Counted from the first letter of the stretch, positions 21,057 through 32,295 are shown. The stretch: DNA of 64,000 bases from an uncultured delta proteobacterium (GCA_963727445.1 CAVSGI010000009.1:768001-832000), one strand, 5' to 3'. The notes: generated from the letters alone by a model not told the origin. Translations and numbers: made by a program.

Positions 21057-21524
21057 TCAGTCGTCGCTCTCGCCTGACTGGACCTGGTCACGCTTTCGGC
21101 GTTTGAGCGTGAAAAGCCACAGTAGACCTCCGAAGAGCGTCACGGCGGCGGGTATCAAGAGGAGCTCCAACAGCGAGCCGTAGACCTCTGGCCAGTCTTC
21201 TTCGAGATCTCGGTCTTTGTCGTAGGTGCTCGCAAAGCGATCGGCATCTTCACTTCGATAGTGAATGGTCGTCACCTCGCCGAGCCCCGGACCGCCGGGG
21301 CCGCCGGTGGCGCTACGCGCCTGCACGGTGCGTCCGTCCGGCAGTTGAAACGCGAAGACCGCATACCCCCCACTGTTGTTCGATTGGCTGTCGGGCGTCT
21401 GGAACGTGACGATGTCCACCACTCGCCCCTCGGCGGTAGTCAGTCGGCTGTAAGTGTAGATCGCGTGACCCCACGCAAACGCTACACCGACCAGGATCAC
21501 CCCCCGCATCACCATGCGCGTCAT
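21057..21524 (-). CDS. Hypothetical membrane protein, DUF3592-like
   Basis: N- and C-terminal TM helices flanking a TAEGRVV beta-rich segment. Confidence 0.6.
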   Translation of the reverse strand: MTRMVMRGVILVGVAFAWGHAIYTYSRLTTAEGRVVDIVTFQTPDSQSNNSGGYAVFAFQLPDGRTVQARSATGGPGGPGLGEVTTIHYRSEDADRFASTYDKDRDLEEDWPEVYGSLLELLLIPAAVTLFGGLLWLFTLKRRKRDQVQSGESDD

Positions 21525-21558
21525 CGGTGGATCACCTTCATCGGATGGGAGCTCCAGT

Positions 21559-22752
21559 TCAGCGCAGGATCTGTGAATTGACGACGTTCGCCGGGCCGTC
21601 TGCGATCACGTAGAAGCCCGGCAGGTCGGGCGTCTCGAACGTGCCTCTCGGATTTCTGCGCGTGATCGAGTCGGTGATGTTGATCGAGCCGCTCATGTCG
21701 TTGCTGACGAAGAAGACGGCGCTGCCACCTTCGTTCGCGACGTTGTCCTCGATGAGCGTGCTGGTGATGTTGAGCACGATCTCGTTGCCGTCGTTGTAGA
21801 TCGCGCCGCCGTTGCCGCCTTCGCCGGAGTTCGCGCCGTGGCCGACGGCGTGGTTGCCTGCGAACCACGAGTTGATGATGTTCCAGGAGACACCGATGCT
21901 GCTCAGCGCGCCTCCGTTCGCGCAGTGGTTTCCCATGGAGGTCGAGCCGAAGGTGCTGCCCACGACCCAGGTGGGCCGCGCAGGCCCAGCGCCGGGATCG
22001 ATGAGGTAGTCGAGCTTTCGGATCGCGCCGCCGCCGAGGTCCGAATCGAGGTCGTCGCAGACGTTGTTGAAGAAGATGCAATTGACGACCTTGAGCCTGC
22101 CGCCCTGCGCGTAGATGGCGCCTCCGCCACCACTGTCAGCGTCGCCCTCGGGGGTGCCCAGCGAGCTCCCGTCCACGAAGGAGAGGTTCTGCACGACGAG
22201 CTCCGTGCCCGGGTTGGTGTTGCAGTCGCCCGGTCCCGAGGGATAGCCGCCATGTGAATCGTCGCACGTGGCCATGTAGAGGATGCGGCTCGTGCCGCCG
22301 CCGCTCAGCGTGACCTTGCCGCCGCCGTCGATGACCACCCGGTCGACGTCGTTGTACACGATGGCCGGCGATGAAAGGACGATGGTCGCTGGGTCGGACC
22401 CGCAATCGAAGGTGATCACGCCGCCTTGTCGGACCGCGGCGATGAAGTCGTCCGCCGTACAACTCTCCGGCGTTCCCGTGCCGATGACGGAGGTGGGCGA
22501 GGAGGTGTCCTCGGCCTGTCCTTCGGGGGGAACCGACGCGTGACCATCGGCCCACCCCGCCTCACCCGCGCCCGAGGTGCCGCCATCGCTGCCCGAGCTG
22601 CCATCGCTGGCCGAGCTGCTATCGCTGCCCGAGCTGCCATCGTCGCCGGGGCTGCCGTCGGCTGGCGTGCCGCTGCCGTCGTCTCCGCATGCGGCGAAGA
22701 AGACCACCAGCAGTATCGAGGTTGCGCGGCGTGCGATCGTCGAAGCGTGCAT
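21559..22752 (-). CDS. Secreted lipoprotein with pectin lyase-like/parallel beta-helix repeats
   Basis: FAAC lipobox; Ser/Gly/Asp linker; repeated GGAI(Y) and FxxN motifs. Confidence 0.75.
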   Translation of the reverse strand: MHASTIARRATSILLVVFFAACGDDGSGTPADGSPGDDGSSGSDSSSASDGSSGSDGGTSGAGEAGWADGHASVPPEGQAEDTSSPTSVIGTGTPESCTADDFIAAVRQGGVITFDCGSDPATIVLSSPAIVYNDVDRVVIDGGGKVTLSGGGTSRILYMATCDDSHGGYPSGPGDCNTNPGTELVVQNLSFVDGSSLGTPEGDADSGGGGAIYAQGGRLKVVNCIFFNNVCDDLDSDLGGGAIRKLDYLIDPGAGPARPTWVVGSTFGSTSMGNHCANGGALSSIGVSWNIINSWFAGNHAVGHGANSGEGGNGGAIYNDGNEIVLNITSTLIEDNVANEGGSAVFFVSNDMSGSINITDSITRRNPRGTFETPDLPGFYVIADGPANVVNSQILR

Positions 22753-22908
22753 CCTCAGAGACTACAGCTTCCTGGCGAGACTCCCTACGCGAGATGGAGG
22801 TCGCGGCCTCGGTCGAGCCTCGAATCCCGCGACGCCGGCCGCGTCCCCGACCCATTCGCGAGCCTGGGGGAGCTTGACGTTCTGCCCCTTGGGCTCAAGT
22901 CTCTGGGT

Positions 22909-23988
22909 GTGCGAAAGCTGCCCATCGCCGAGAGCAGGAGCGCCGTGCACGAAGCGCTTCCCCCCGCGCCGGAAGGCTTCGCGGAGGGTGGCCTCCCGGC
23001 GCTCGTCGATCGCCAGGGGCGCGCCTACGACTACCTGCGTCTATCGGTGACCGACCGCTGCGACCTCGCATGCGTCTACTGCATGCCCCCGAGCGGTGAG
23101 GACGACCATGCGCTCCGCCCCGAGCTGACCACCTTCGAGGAGATCGTTCGCCTGGTCAGTGTCTTCAGCCGGATGGGCGTCCGCCGGCTTCGCTTCACCG
23201 GGGGCGAGCCCCTGGTGCGCAAGGACTTCCTCCGCCTGGTCGAGCTGGTGCACCGGCGCGAGCCAGACCTCGGGCTGGTGATGACAAGCAACGCGACCCG
23301 GCTCTCGGAGCTGGCGCGTCCCCTTCGGGAGGCCGGGCTCGGCGGGGTCAACATCTCCATCGACAGCCTCGACCCGGAGCGCTTCCGCGAGATCACGCGC
23401 GGGGGCGATCTCTCGCGGGTTCTCGCGGGCATCCACGCGGCGCGCGAAGCCGGGCTCGTGGTGAAGCTGAACACGGTTCCCCTCGGCGGCGTGAACGACG
23501 ACGAGCTCGGGCGCATCGTGGACTGGGCCTGGGAGCTCGGCATCACCCCGCGCTTCATCGAGCTGATGCCCCTGGGCGAAGGCGCCACTCTACCCGCGGA
23601 CCGCTTCGTGGGCGCAGAGCGGACGATCGCAGCGCTGGGCGGACGGTTGGCCGAGGGGGAGCGGTGCGGGGTCGACGGGCACGGGCCCGCGCGCTACCTC
23701 GAAGCGCAGGACGGCTCGGGCCGCCGCGTCGGCTTCATCACCGCCATCTCCGACGAGTTCTGCGCTTCCTGCAATCGGGTGCGCGTCACGGCGCGCGGCG
23801 ACATCCGCGCCTGCCTCGCCTCACGTCGCGCGATCTCCCTGCGCGACCTGATGCGTGAGGGCGCGACGGACGAAGAGCTCGCCTGGGGCATCCACTGGTC
23901 GATCACCGGCAAGGCCGCCGGGCACTACTTCCTCGACGAGTCGGTGAGGGAGCATGAGGCGGTCGGCATGAGCCTGATCGGCGGTTGA
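22909..23988 (+). CDS. moaA: GTP 3',8-cyclase (molybdenum cofactor biosynthesis protein A)
   Basis: YLRLSVTDRCDLACVYC radical-SAM motif, TGGEPL, RFIELMP, FCASCNRVR, C-terminal MSLIGG; start uncertain. Confidence 0.93.
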   Translation: MRKLPIAESRSAVHEALPPAPEGFAEGGLPALVDRQGRAYDYLRLSVTDRCDLACVYCMPPSGEDDHALRPELTTFEEIVRLVSVFSRMGVRRLRFTGGEPLVRKDFLRLVELVHRREPDLGLVMTSNATRLSELARPLREAGLGGVNISIDSLDPERFREITRGGDLSRVLAGIHAAREAGLVVKLNTVPLGGVNDDELGRIVDWAWELGITPRFIELMPLGEGATLPADRFVGAERTIAALGGRLAEGERCGVDGHGPARYLEAQDGSGRRVGFITAISDEFCASCNRVRVTARGDIRACLASRRAISLRDLMREGATDEELAWGIHWSITGKAAGHYFLDESVREHEAVGMSLIGG

Positions 23989-24493
23989 GCGTCCGCTTCG
24001 GGCCCGAGGGCGGCTTACGTCCTCGGCGCCTCCCTGCGAAATACCTCTGGTATTCCTCGGTCGGCGCCTGCGGGCGCGCTCGCCCTCGGACCCGAATCGA
24101 ACGCTCAACGTGATCGAGGGGTCCGCTTCGGGCCCGAGGGCGGCTTACGTCCTCGGCACCTCTCTGCGAAATACCTCTGGTATTCCTCGGTCGGCGCCTG
24201 CGGGCGCGCTCGCCCTCGGACCCGAATCGAACGCTCAACGTGATCGAGGGGTCCGCTTCGGGCCCGAGGGCGGCTTACGTCCTCGGCGCCTCCCTGCGAA
24301 ATACCTCTGGTATTCCTCGGTCGGCGCCTGCGGGCGCGCTCGCCCTCGGACCCGAATCGAACGCTCAACGTGATCGAGGGGTCCGCTTCGGGCCCGAGGG
24401 CGGCTTACGTCCTCGGCACCGAATCGAACGCTCAACGTGATCGAGGGGTCCGCTTCGGGCCCGAGGGCGGCTTGGCTTCGTCCTCGACGCTCA
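23985..24493. repeat. Tandem array of a 130-bp element with 28-bp imperfect terminal inverted repeats (MITE/REPIN-like)
   Basis: Units begin at 23991, 24121, 24251 (complete), 24381 (internally deleted) and 24448 (partial); lies between convergent genes. Confidence 0.95.
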
Positions 24494-26188
24494 GCGGTAG
24501 GCGCCGTGGAGGGTGAGCGCGTCGGTGGGGACGAGCGCTTCGGGCATCGCGTAGCTCTGGCGGTCCTCGCCGTTTTCCCAGCGCGTGGCGCCGTCGGGCC
24601 AGGAGGCGACGATCTTCCAGGCGAAGGAGGTCGCCAGCGGGATTGTGATCGGCGCCGCGCTCTCCCATCGGGGGTAGCTCGCCGCGTCGGTGCCGAGCTC
24701 GACGCCGCCGCTGGCGAATCCCCACTCGCCGAGCTCGGTGAGGTCGCCGCGGATGAAGGCGGTCTCGCCGAACGCGGTCTCGACCTCGACCGAGAAGCCG
24801 ACGTTCTGGGTCGGCCAGCCGGCCAGTGAGGTGATGACGCTCTCGACCTCCGCGTAGGGCGCCTCGCCGTCGCCGGCGCTCTGGTCGGCGTAGCGCGAGA
24901 GCACGCGGAGCCACTGGGCGAGGTAACGGCGGCCGGTGCGTCCGCCATCGAGCGCCTGGGTGTCGATGAAGAGCTGGCTCTCGTAGTTGCGCGCCACGCG
25001 GCTCGAGGAGCCGAGCCCGGAGAAGGTCCAGTTCGCCGCGTCGGTGATCACGCGGGGACTCGACACGCCGAGGATGCCGACCTTGTGGTGCATCGCGGTG
25101 AACTCGGTGCGGCGGTTCGTCGCTTCGTAGACGTGCACGCCGGCGGCACGGAGCTCGTCCTCGGTGCCGTCGTTGGCGTAGAGGTGATTTCCGTTGGGGT
25201 CGACGCCATCGGACTGCATGCGGTCGGTGATCACGTAGACAGGCACGCCGGCCCGCGCCTTGTCACCGAGGAGCTCCACCAGAGAGCGATCGCTCCCCGG
25301 CGCGCTCACGTCGCGAAGCGAGAAGACCATCAAGAGGATCGCTTCGTCCTCTTCCGCGATCCATCGAAGGAGCTGCTCGCCGGCGCGGGGCCCGCTCTCG
25401 GCGGGCGTGAAGAGCACGTTCACCGCGGCCGAGTCGTCCCACTCGTTGGCGATGCGGTCACCATGGAGGACGGTCTCGTAGGCGGCGCGGTAGCGGCTCA
25501 CCAGGCGCGGGTCGCGAATCAGGTGGAACGTCTCCTCGTTGAGGATCGCGTTGTCGCCCGGGTTCATGCTGCCGCTGATCACGGCCTCGAAGCCCGGCGC
25601 CTCGAAGAGTCGGGTCTTGAGATGCATCAGCCCCGAGTGATGGATGCCGATCATGTCCGCGGTGACGCGGGTCGACTCGGTGAGGTCGCGAGAGTCGGCG
25701 ACGAGCTCGAAGCCGCGCCCCACCAGGATCTCGTCTGCGGTGTTCCACGTGCGCGCCGGATCGAGCTGGTCCTCGTCCATCAGGATCTGGACGTCGACAC
25801 CCTCATCGTTGGCATCGGCGAGCGCATCGATGATCTGAGGGTTGCGCAGGTTGTAGGCGGCGTAGCGAATGCGGAAGGGGTTGTCCCCTTCCGCGTAGGT
25901 GCCCGGATCCGCGGCGCGCGCGTCCCGGATGCGCTGGATGAGCGTGAGCTCGGTGGTCACCACCGGGTCGTCGGGGGCGAAGAGGGCGGCGAAGCCCTCG
26001 TCCAGAGAGGCCGCTTCGGAGAGGGGCCCGTAGCTGGCCAAATCCTCGCCGTCGGCCTTGCCGTCGACGACCACGGGGGGCCCAGGCTCCGCTTCCTCCG
26101 GGACGAGACCGTCATCCGCGCCCGAACAGGCGGCTAGCCCAGTGGCCAACCCCAGGCAGATCATCAGCAGTTTCCACGAGTACGGCAT
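24491..26188 (-). CDS. Phospholipase D-superfamily lipoprotein with C-terminal CBM20 domain
   Basis: LAAC lipobox, GKADG; HLK...GSMN and HHK...AAN motifs; C-terminal TAFGE...LGEW...YPRW...WK...WENGEDR. Confidence 0.85.
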   Translation of the reverse strand: MPYSWKLLMICLGLATGLAACSGADDGLVPEEAEPGPPVVVDGKADGEDLASYGPLSEAASLDEGFAALFAPDDPVVTTELTLIQRIRDARAADPGTYAEGDNPFRIRYAAYNLRNPQIIDALADANDEGVDVQILMDEDQLDPARTWNTADEILVGRGFELVADSRDLTESTRVTADMIGIHHSGLMHLKTRLFEAPGFEAVISGSMNPGDNAILNEETFHLIRDPRLVSRYRAAYETVLHGDRIANEWDDSAAVNVLFTPAESGPRAGEQLLRWIAEEDEAILLMVFSLRDVSAPGSDRSLVELLGDKARAGVPVYVITDRMQSDGVDPNGNHLYANDGTEDELRAAGVHVYEATNRRTEFTAMHHKVGILGVSSPRVITDAANWTFSGLGSSSRVARNYESQLFIDTQALDGGRTGRRYLAQWLRVLSRYADQSAGDGEAPYAEVESVITSLAGWPTQNVGFSVEVETAFGETAFIRGDLTELGEWGFASGGVELGTDAASYPRWESAAPITIPLATSFAWKIVASWPDGATRWENGEDRQSYAMPEALVPTDALTLHGAYR

Positions 26189-26282
26189 TCTTCGCTCACT
26201 GTGCAGCAACAGACGTGCCCGAAGCGAGCTCACTTGCCCCAGACCTCGCTGGGGCGTACGCCACCCGGCGGAAAAGCTTCCC

Positions 26283-27482
26283 GTGCGCTTCGTTTCCACA
26301 GCCCCGCTCCTCGTGATCCTCGTCGCCTGCTCCACACAGGCCCATGAAACGGACGGTGGGATGGGCTCCGACAGCGCTGTCGACGCGGGTCCGGACGGGC
26401 ACGCCGACGCGCTCACGCCGGATGTCGGCCCCGACGCCGACGCAGGGACGGACGCCGCTGCGCCCGACGGGGGTGATGCCGGGGTGGAGGACGGCTGGGG
26501 CGTTCTCTCCCTGAACCTCCACTGCCTGAAGACCGACCGCACCAGCTTCGCTGACAACGCCGCCCGCTTCGATGCCATCGCCGCCGAGGTAGCCGCGCGC
26601 GGCGTGCGCGTGCTCCTGTTGCAGGAGGTCTGCGACGACGGGACTGAGAACGCCTTCGATCTGCTCTCGAGCGCCCTCGCCGATCGCACCGGCACGCCCT
26701 GGCAGGGCGGGGAGGCCTTCGCACACCTCGCCTGGGTGGGGACGCCGGATGAAGCGGAGGAGAGCGTCGCGATCCTCGCCGACGTGCCGGTCTCCGATCT
26801 GAAGACCCACGAGCACCACGCTCAGGGCGCGCTCCGGCGCGTCGTGCTCTCCGCTGAGCTCGGCGGGGACCTCGGAGGGCTGCGAGTCGCGACCTTCCAC
26901 CTCGATCACGACGACGACGCCGCGCGGCTCGTCCAAGCGCGGGAGCTCGCGACGGCCGCGCTCCTCCACGCGGGGTCGGCGAACGTCCTTCTGGGTGGCG
27001 ATCTGAACGATCGCGAGGGCACGCCGCCGCATGAGGCCCTCGGAGCTCTCGGCTACGTCGACGCCACCGATCCGCTCACGCCCACGCGCATCGATCACAT
27101 CTTCGTTCAGCGAGGGGCATCCGTTCGAGCCATCGGCGCCCAGCTTCTCTTCCGTGCGACGCCGGTGAGCGATCACCCGGGTGTCCTCGTGCGGATCGAA
27201 GCGACCACCCCCGCCCCGGTCGACTTCACCACCATCGACGTGGACGCCGACGTCGGCTTCGGCAACGCCCTGTTCGTGCGCGGCGACCAAGCCCCGCTCT
27301 CCTGGGACGAGGGGCTGCCCGCGATCAACGCTGGTTCCACATCGTGGCGCTTCGCGACGACGGAGCTCACTGGCACCTTCGAGTACAAAGCGCTCTCGAA
27401 CGACACCCTCTGGTCGACCGGCGCCAACTTCGCGGGCACGGCCGGCGCGGCGAACAGCGAGACCGTCAGCGCCTTCGAGTGA
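26283..27482 (+). CDS. Endonuclease/exonuclease/phosphatase-family lipoprotein with C-terminal CBM20-like domain
   Basis: LVAC lipobox; LNLH, LQEV, HL, GDLN, RIDHIF, SDH motifs; C-terminal DVGFGNALFVRG...LSW...FEYK...WSTG. Confidence 0.85.
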   Translation: MRFVSTAPLLVILVACSTQAHETDGGMGSDSAVDAGPDGHADALTPDVGPDADAGTDAAAPDGGDAGVEDGWGVLSLNLHCLKTDRTSFADNAARFDAIAAEVAARGVRVLLLQEVCDDGTENAFDLLSSALADRTGTPWQGGEAFAHLAWVGTPDEAEESVAILADVPVSDLKTHEHHAQGALRRVVLSAELGGDLGGLRVATFHLDHDDDAARLVQARELATAALLHAGSANVLLGGDLNDREGTPPHEALGALGYVDATDPLTPTRIDHIFVQRGASVRAIGAQLLFRATPVSDHPGVLVRIEATTPAPVDFTTIDVDADVGFGNALFVRGDQAPLSWDEGLPAINAGSTSWRFATTELTGTFEYKALSNDTLWSTGANFAGTAGAANSETVSAFE

Positions 27483-30400
27483 AGTCGCGCCGGCGCCGCC
27501 GGAGCAGGGGCACGAGGAGCATCAGCCAGCCCAGGCTCCCGAGGGGCGAGGCGCCGGCAGCACCGCAGCGGCACCCACCGCCGCCGTCGACGATGTAGTC
27601 GACGTCCCCGCCGTCGGCCGTGGCGTCGTCGGCGCTGCCATCACCGCTGGCGTCCTCGCCGCCGTCGCCCGCGTCGCCGCCATCACCACCGTCACCGGCG
27701 TCGCCCGCGTCGAGCGCGCCATCGGGAAGCGTCGCGTCGGTCATGGTGCTTCCATCCATGGTCGACGCATCCGGCAGGCTCCCATCGGGGACGGAGCCGT
27801 CCGGCGCGCTCGCGTCCATCGCGCCGCCGTCTGGCACGCTGGCATCCGCGCCGAGGCACACGCCGCCCTGGCACGTGCCAATCGAGCAAGCGGTCCCGTT
27901 CGGCGCAGGCGGATTCGAGCAGGCCCCGGTGGCGGAGTTGCAGGCGCCCGCCACGTGGCACTCGTCCGAAGCCATGCAGACCACCGCCGACGAGCCGATG
28001 CACACGCCCGACATACACGCGTCAACGGCGGTGCAGGCGTCGCCATCGTTGCAGCTGGTGCCATCGGGTCGGTTGGGCATCGAGCAGGTCCCGGTGCTCG
28101 GGTTGCAGGTGCCGGCGCGGTGGCACTGATCCACCGCCATGCAGGTGACGGGCGAGCCTCCGGTACAGACACCGGCCACGCAGGCATCGACCGTGGTGCA
28201 AGCGTCGCTGTCGTTGCAGCTGGTGCCATCGGCGAGCGGCGGGTCGTCGCAGGTGCCGGTGGCGGGGTCGCAGGTGCCGACGCCGTGACATTGATCGGAG
28301 GCGGTGCAGGTGACGGTGGAGCTGCCGGTGCACACGCCCGCCATGCACGCGTCGCCGGACGTGCAGGCGTCCGCGTCGTCACAGGTGGCGCCGTCGGGGC
28401 GCAGGGGCGTGCTGCAGAGGCCGGTCGAGCTGTTGCAGGTGCCGGCGCGGTGGCACTGATCGATCGCCATGCAGGTGACGGGTGAGCCGCCCACGCAGAC
28501 GCCACCCGAGCAGACGTCCACCGTGGTGCATGCGTCGCCGTCGTTGCAGGCCGCTCCATCGGTGCCAGGCCCCGCGCAGGGGTCGCCGACCACACCCACG
28601 GTGGCGCTCGCCATCAGGACGGGCGCCGCGCCCGGCACGGCCTTGTTGTGATCCCAGAGCTGCCAGATGGTGTCGCCCCAATCGCGGAGCGCACCGAAGA
28701 AGGGATCGGTGCCCGCGATGTACGCAGAGGTCTCGCCCGAGGGCGTGGGGGAGACGAGGCTGGTCGCCGTGCCGTTGATCTCGGCGCGGAGAAACTCGAC
28801 GTACTCGCGGCTGGTCGTCTGGTAGTAGAGGTTGACCTCGATTCCGTCGGCGCCGGCTGGCACGGTCACCGTGACGGCGTCGTATCCGCCGGAGTATTCG
28901 GCGGAGGTGAAGAGGCCGGGCGCGGAGGCGCCGGCGCTCACGGGCTCGGAGAGGCGCGTGGCGGCCTGGGCGATGGCGAAGCCGCGGGGCGGGATGCGGT
29001 TGTCCTTGTTGCGCGCGTCGGCGAGGGCGAAGTGGAAGGTGTGTGACTCGCCCGTCAGGCTGCTCGAGGGCTGGATCTCGTAGACGAGCACCTCGTCGTG
29101 GCGCTGCGACGCGGTGGGCGAGGGGCTCGAGGGGGAGTACGCCGGGTCGAGACCGACCAGGGTGCCCACAATCGACGAGTAGGGGTTGACCTCGTAGCTC
29201 ACGGCGCCGCCGGTGTAGGCGCGGACGTTCACCCACATGCGCCGGCCTTCGGGGTAGCCGGAGGGGAGCTTGTGGCCCGTGTGGTTTCGGATGCGGAAGG
29301 TGACCGTCCCGCTCGCGCTGTCGTGAGCGAGCGTCTCGATCGAAGCGGCGTTCGTGAGGTTGCTGCGCGCGCGGGCGGCGCCGTCGAGGAGGGCGGCAGG
29401 GTCGAGGGCCTCGCCGGCGCTGAGATCCATCGTCAGATTCGCGGGGCGGCCCAGGAGCGAGGCGTTGGTCGCGTCGTAGTTCGACGCCCCGGAGACCGTG
29501 CTCGCCAGGACCCAGGGGATCCAGTAGTTCCCACCGGTGAGATCGTGGAGGGGCTGGCCGCTCTGGGGATGCTCGGTGCTGCCCGTGGGGCGATCGATGG
29601 CGCCCATCTTGTCGCAGCCGACGCCGCTCCGATCGGGCATGTGGCAGTCCTGACAGGTGGCGATCGCGTTGCCCGGTCGCGAGGTCGTGAAGACGCCCGG
29701 AGCGAAGGCGCCCGAGCCCGTGGCCCCGGCCCCGCGGCCGTAGGCCGAGAGGGCGAACTCCGAGAAGGTCCGCTCTACGTGAAAGTACGAGAACGGGGGA
29801 TCGGTTTCGCTGGGGAGAGCTCCGCCGGTGCCCGGCGTCGTGCCGTCGAAGGTCAGGTTGGCGAGGGCGGTGTTCGAGACGTCGTGGCAGGTCTGGCAGA
29901 AGTAGCGGCTCTTGTGATAGCGGCTGTAGAGGATCGAATGGCGTGCGTCCGCATCGGTGAAGGACGCGCGCTTGTCGTTGCTCGCTGCCATGAAGTACTG
30001 GCCCGAGCCGTTCTCGGTCCAGGTGGTCTGCACCGGCTGGAACATGGCGTCGTAGAACGTCGTCCCGTTGAAGAGTCGAACCGTGGCGGCTTCGGTGCGA
30101 TCGGCGGCGCGGGTGGTCAGCGCGGCCGCCGCCGAGGTGGGCGTGCCCAGGCCGGACTCGTCCCAGTAGCCGGTCCAGTCCGTCCCTTCACGCGCGCCGG
30201 CGAAGGTGTCCTCGAAGAACGGATCGTAGGCGCGGTGGCAGCCATCGCAGCTCACGCCGTCGAAGTCGTGCCCCGCCAGCCCCGAGCCGTTGGTCGGGTC
30301 CGAACGCCCGCCGAGCCAGCCGGTGGGCGTGTGACAGCGGATGCACATGTCCGTCGCGTTGGGGCGTCCGAGCGCCCAGATCGAGTCCTGCGCGGCGACG

Positions 30401-30666
30401 GTGAGCGTGGCCCAGAAGAGGGGGTCGCGCGTCGCATGAGACATCATCGAGCCGCGCCAATAGAAGCCCGGGTCGATGTTGCGGTCGAAATTGTCGTGGC
30501 AGTTCAAACAGCGCCGCGGCGATTCGAGGTCGACGGCGTCGGCGGGCTGGGTGCCCGGCTGGCGCACGAGCGCGTCGTCCTCGACCGCGAGCGGCGTCCA
30601 AGCGCTCGCCACCGCGGGCACGAAGACCGCAAAGAACGCCACCCAGACCTCGGCTCTCACCCTCAT
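27466..30666 (-). CDS. Multiheme c-type cytochrome with Cys-rich stalk and MYXO-CTERM-like sorting signal
   Basis: Five CxxCH motifs (CLNCH, CIRCH, CDGCH, CQTCH, CQDCH); GHKLPSGYPEGR; four about 55-aa Cys repeats; GGGCRC-hydrophobic-RRRRR tail. Confidence 0.85.
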   Translation of the reverse strand: MRVRAEVWVAFFAVFVPAVASAWTPLAVEDDALVRQPGTQPADAVDLESPRRCLNCHDNFDRNIDPGFYWRGSMMSHATRDPLFWATLTVAAQDSIWALGRPNATDMCIRCHTPTGWLGGRSDPTNGSGLAGHDFDGVSCDGCHRAYDPFFEDTFAGAREGTDWTGYWDESGLGTPTSAAAALTTRAADRTEAATVRLFNGTTFYDAMFQPVQTTWTENGSGQYFMAASNDKRASFTDADARHSILYSRYHKSRYFCQTCHDVSNTALANLTFDGTTPGTGGALPSETDPPFSYFHVERTFSEFALSAYGRGAGATGSGAFAPGVFTTSRPGNAIATCQDCHMPDRSGVGCDKMGAIDRPTGSTEHPQSGQPLHDLTGGNYWIPWVLASTVSGASNYDATNASLLGRPANLTMDLSAGEALDPAALLDGAARARSNLTNAASIETLAHDSASGTVTFRIRNHTGHKLPSGYPEGRRMWVNVRAYTGGAVSYEVNPYSSIVGTLVGLDPAYSPSSPSPTASQRHDEVLVYEIQPSSSLTGESHTFHFALADARNKDNRIPPRGFAIAQAATRLSEPVSAGASAPGLFTSAEYSGGYDAVTVTVPAGADGIEVNLYYQTTSREYVEFLRAEINGTATSLVSPTPSGETSAYIAGTDPFFGALRDWGDTIWQLWDHNKAVPGAAPVLMASATVGVVGDPCAGPGTDGAACNDGDACTTVDVCSGGVCVGGSPVTCMAIDQCHRAGTCNSSTGLCSTPLRPDGATCDDADACTSGDACMAGVCTGSSTVTCTASDQCHGVGTCDPATGTCDDPPLADGTSCNDSDACTTVDACVAGVCTGGSPVTCMAVDQCHRAGTCNPSTGTCSMPNRPDGTSCNDGDACTAVDACMSGVCIGSSAVVCMASDECHVAGACNSATGACSNPPAPNGTACSIGTCQGGVCLGADASVPDGGAMDASAPDGSVPDGSLPDASTMDGSTMTDATLPDGALDAGDAGDGGDGGDAGDGGEDASGDGSADDATADGGDVDYIVDGGGGCRCGAAGASPLGSLGWLMLLVPLLRRRRRDFTRRR

Positions 30667-30739
30667 CCCCCAAGAGATGTACACACTATCGCCTTCCGCT
30701 CGTGTCGCGCGGAGAAAGGTGCGAGTCGTGACTACATGC

Positions 30740-32254
<1,515 letters not shown>

Positions 32255-32295
32255 GGCGGCGGACTCTACGCCTCGCGGGCACGAGAAAAAAGTCA

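Noticed and set aside
22760..22908. Moco riboswitch or ModE box upstream of moaA
   Set aside because: No recognisable consensus by eye; a covariance search would be needed
23821..24440. Short ORFs in the 130-bp array
   Set aside because: They are repeat-derived, and the period is not a multiple of three
23991..24473. CRISPR array
   Set aside because: Units are almost identical over the full 130 bp with no unique spacers, and no cas genes are present
27860..28560. Extra heme sites in DQCH/DECH repeats
   Set aside because: They lack CxxCH spacing and belong to the disulfide-rich repeats
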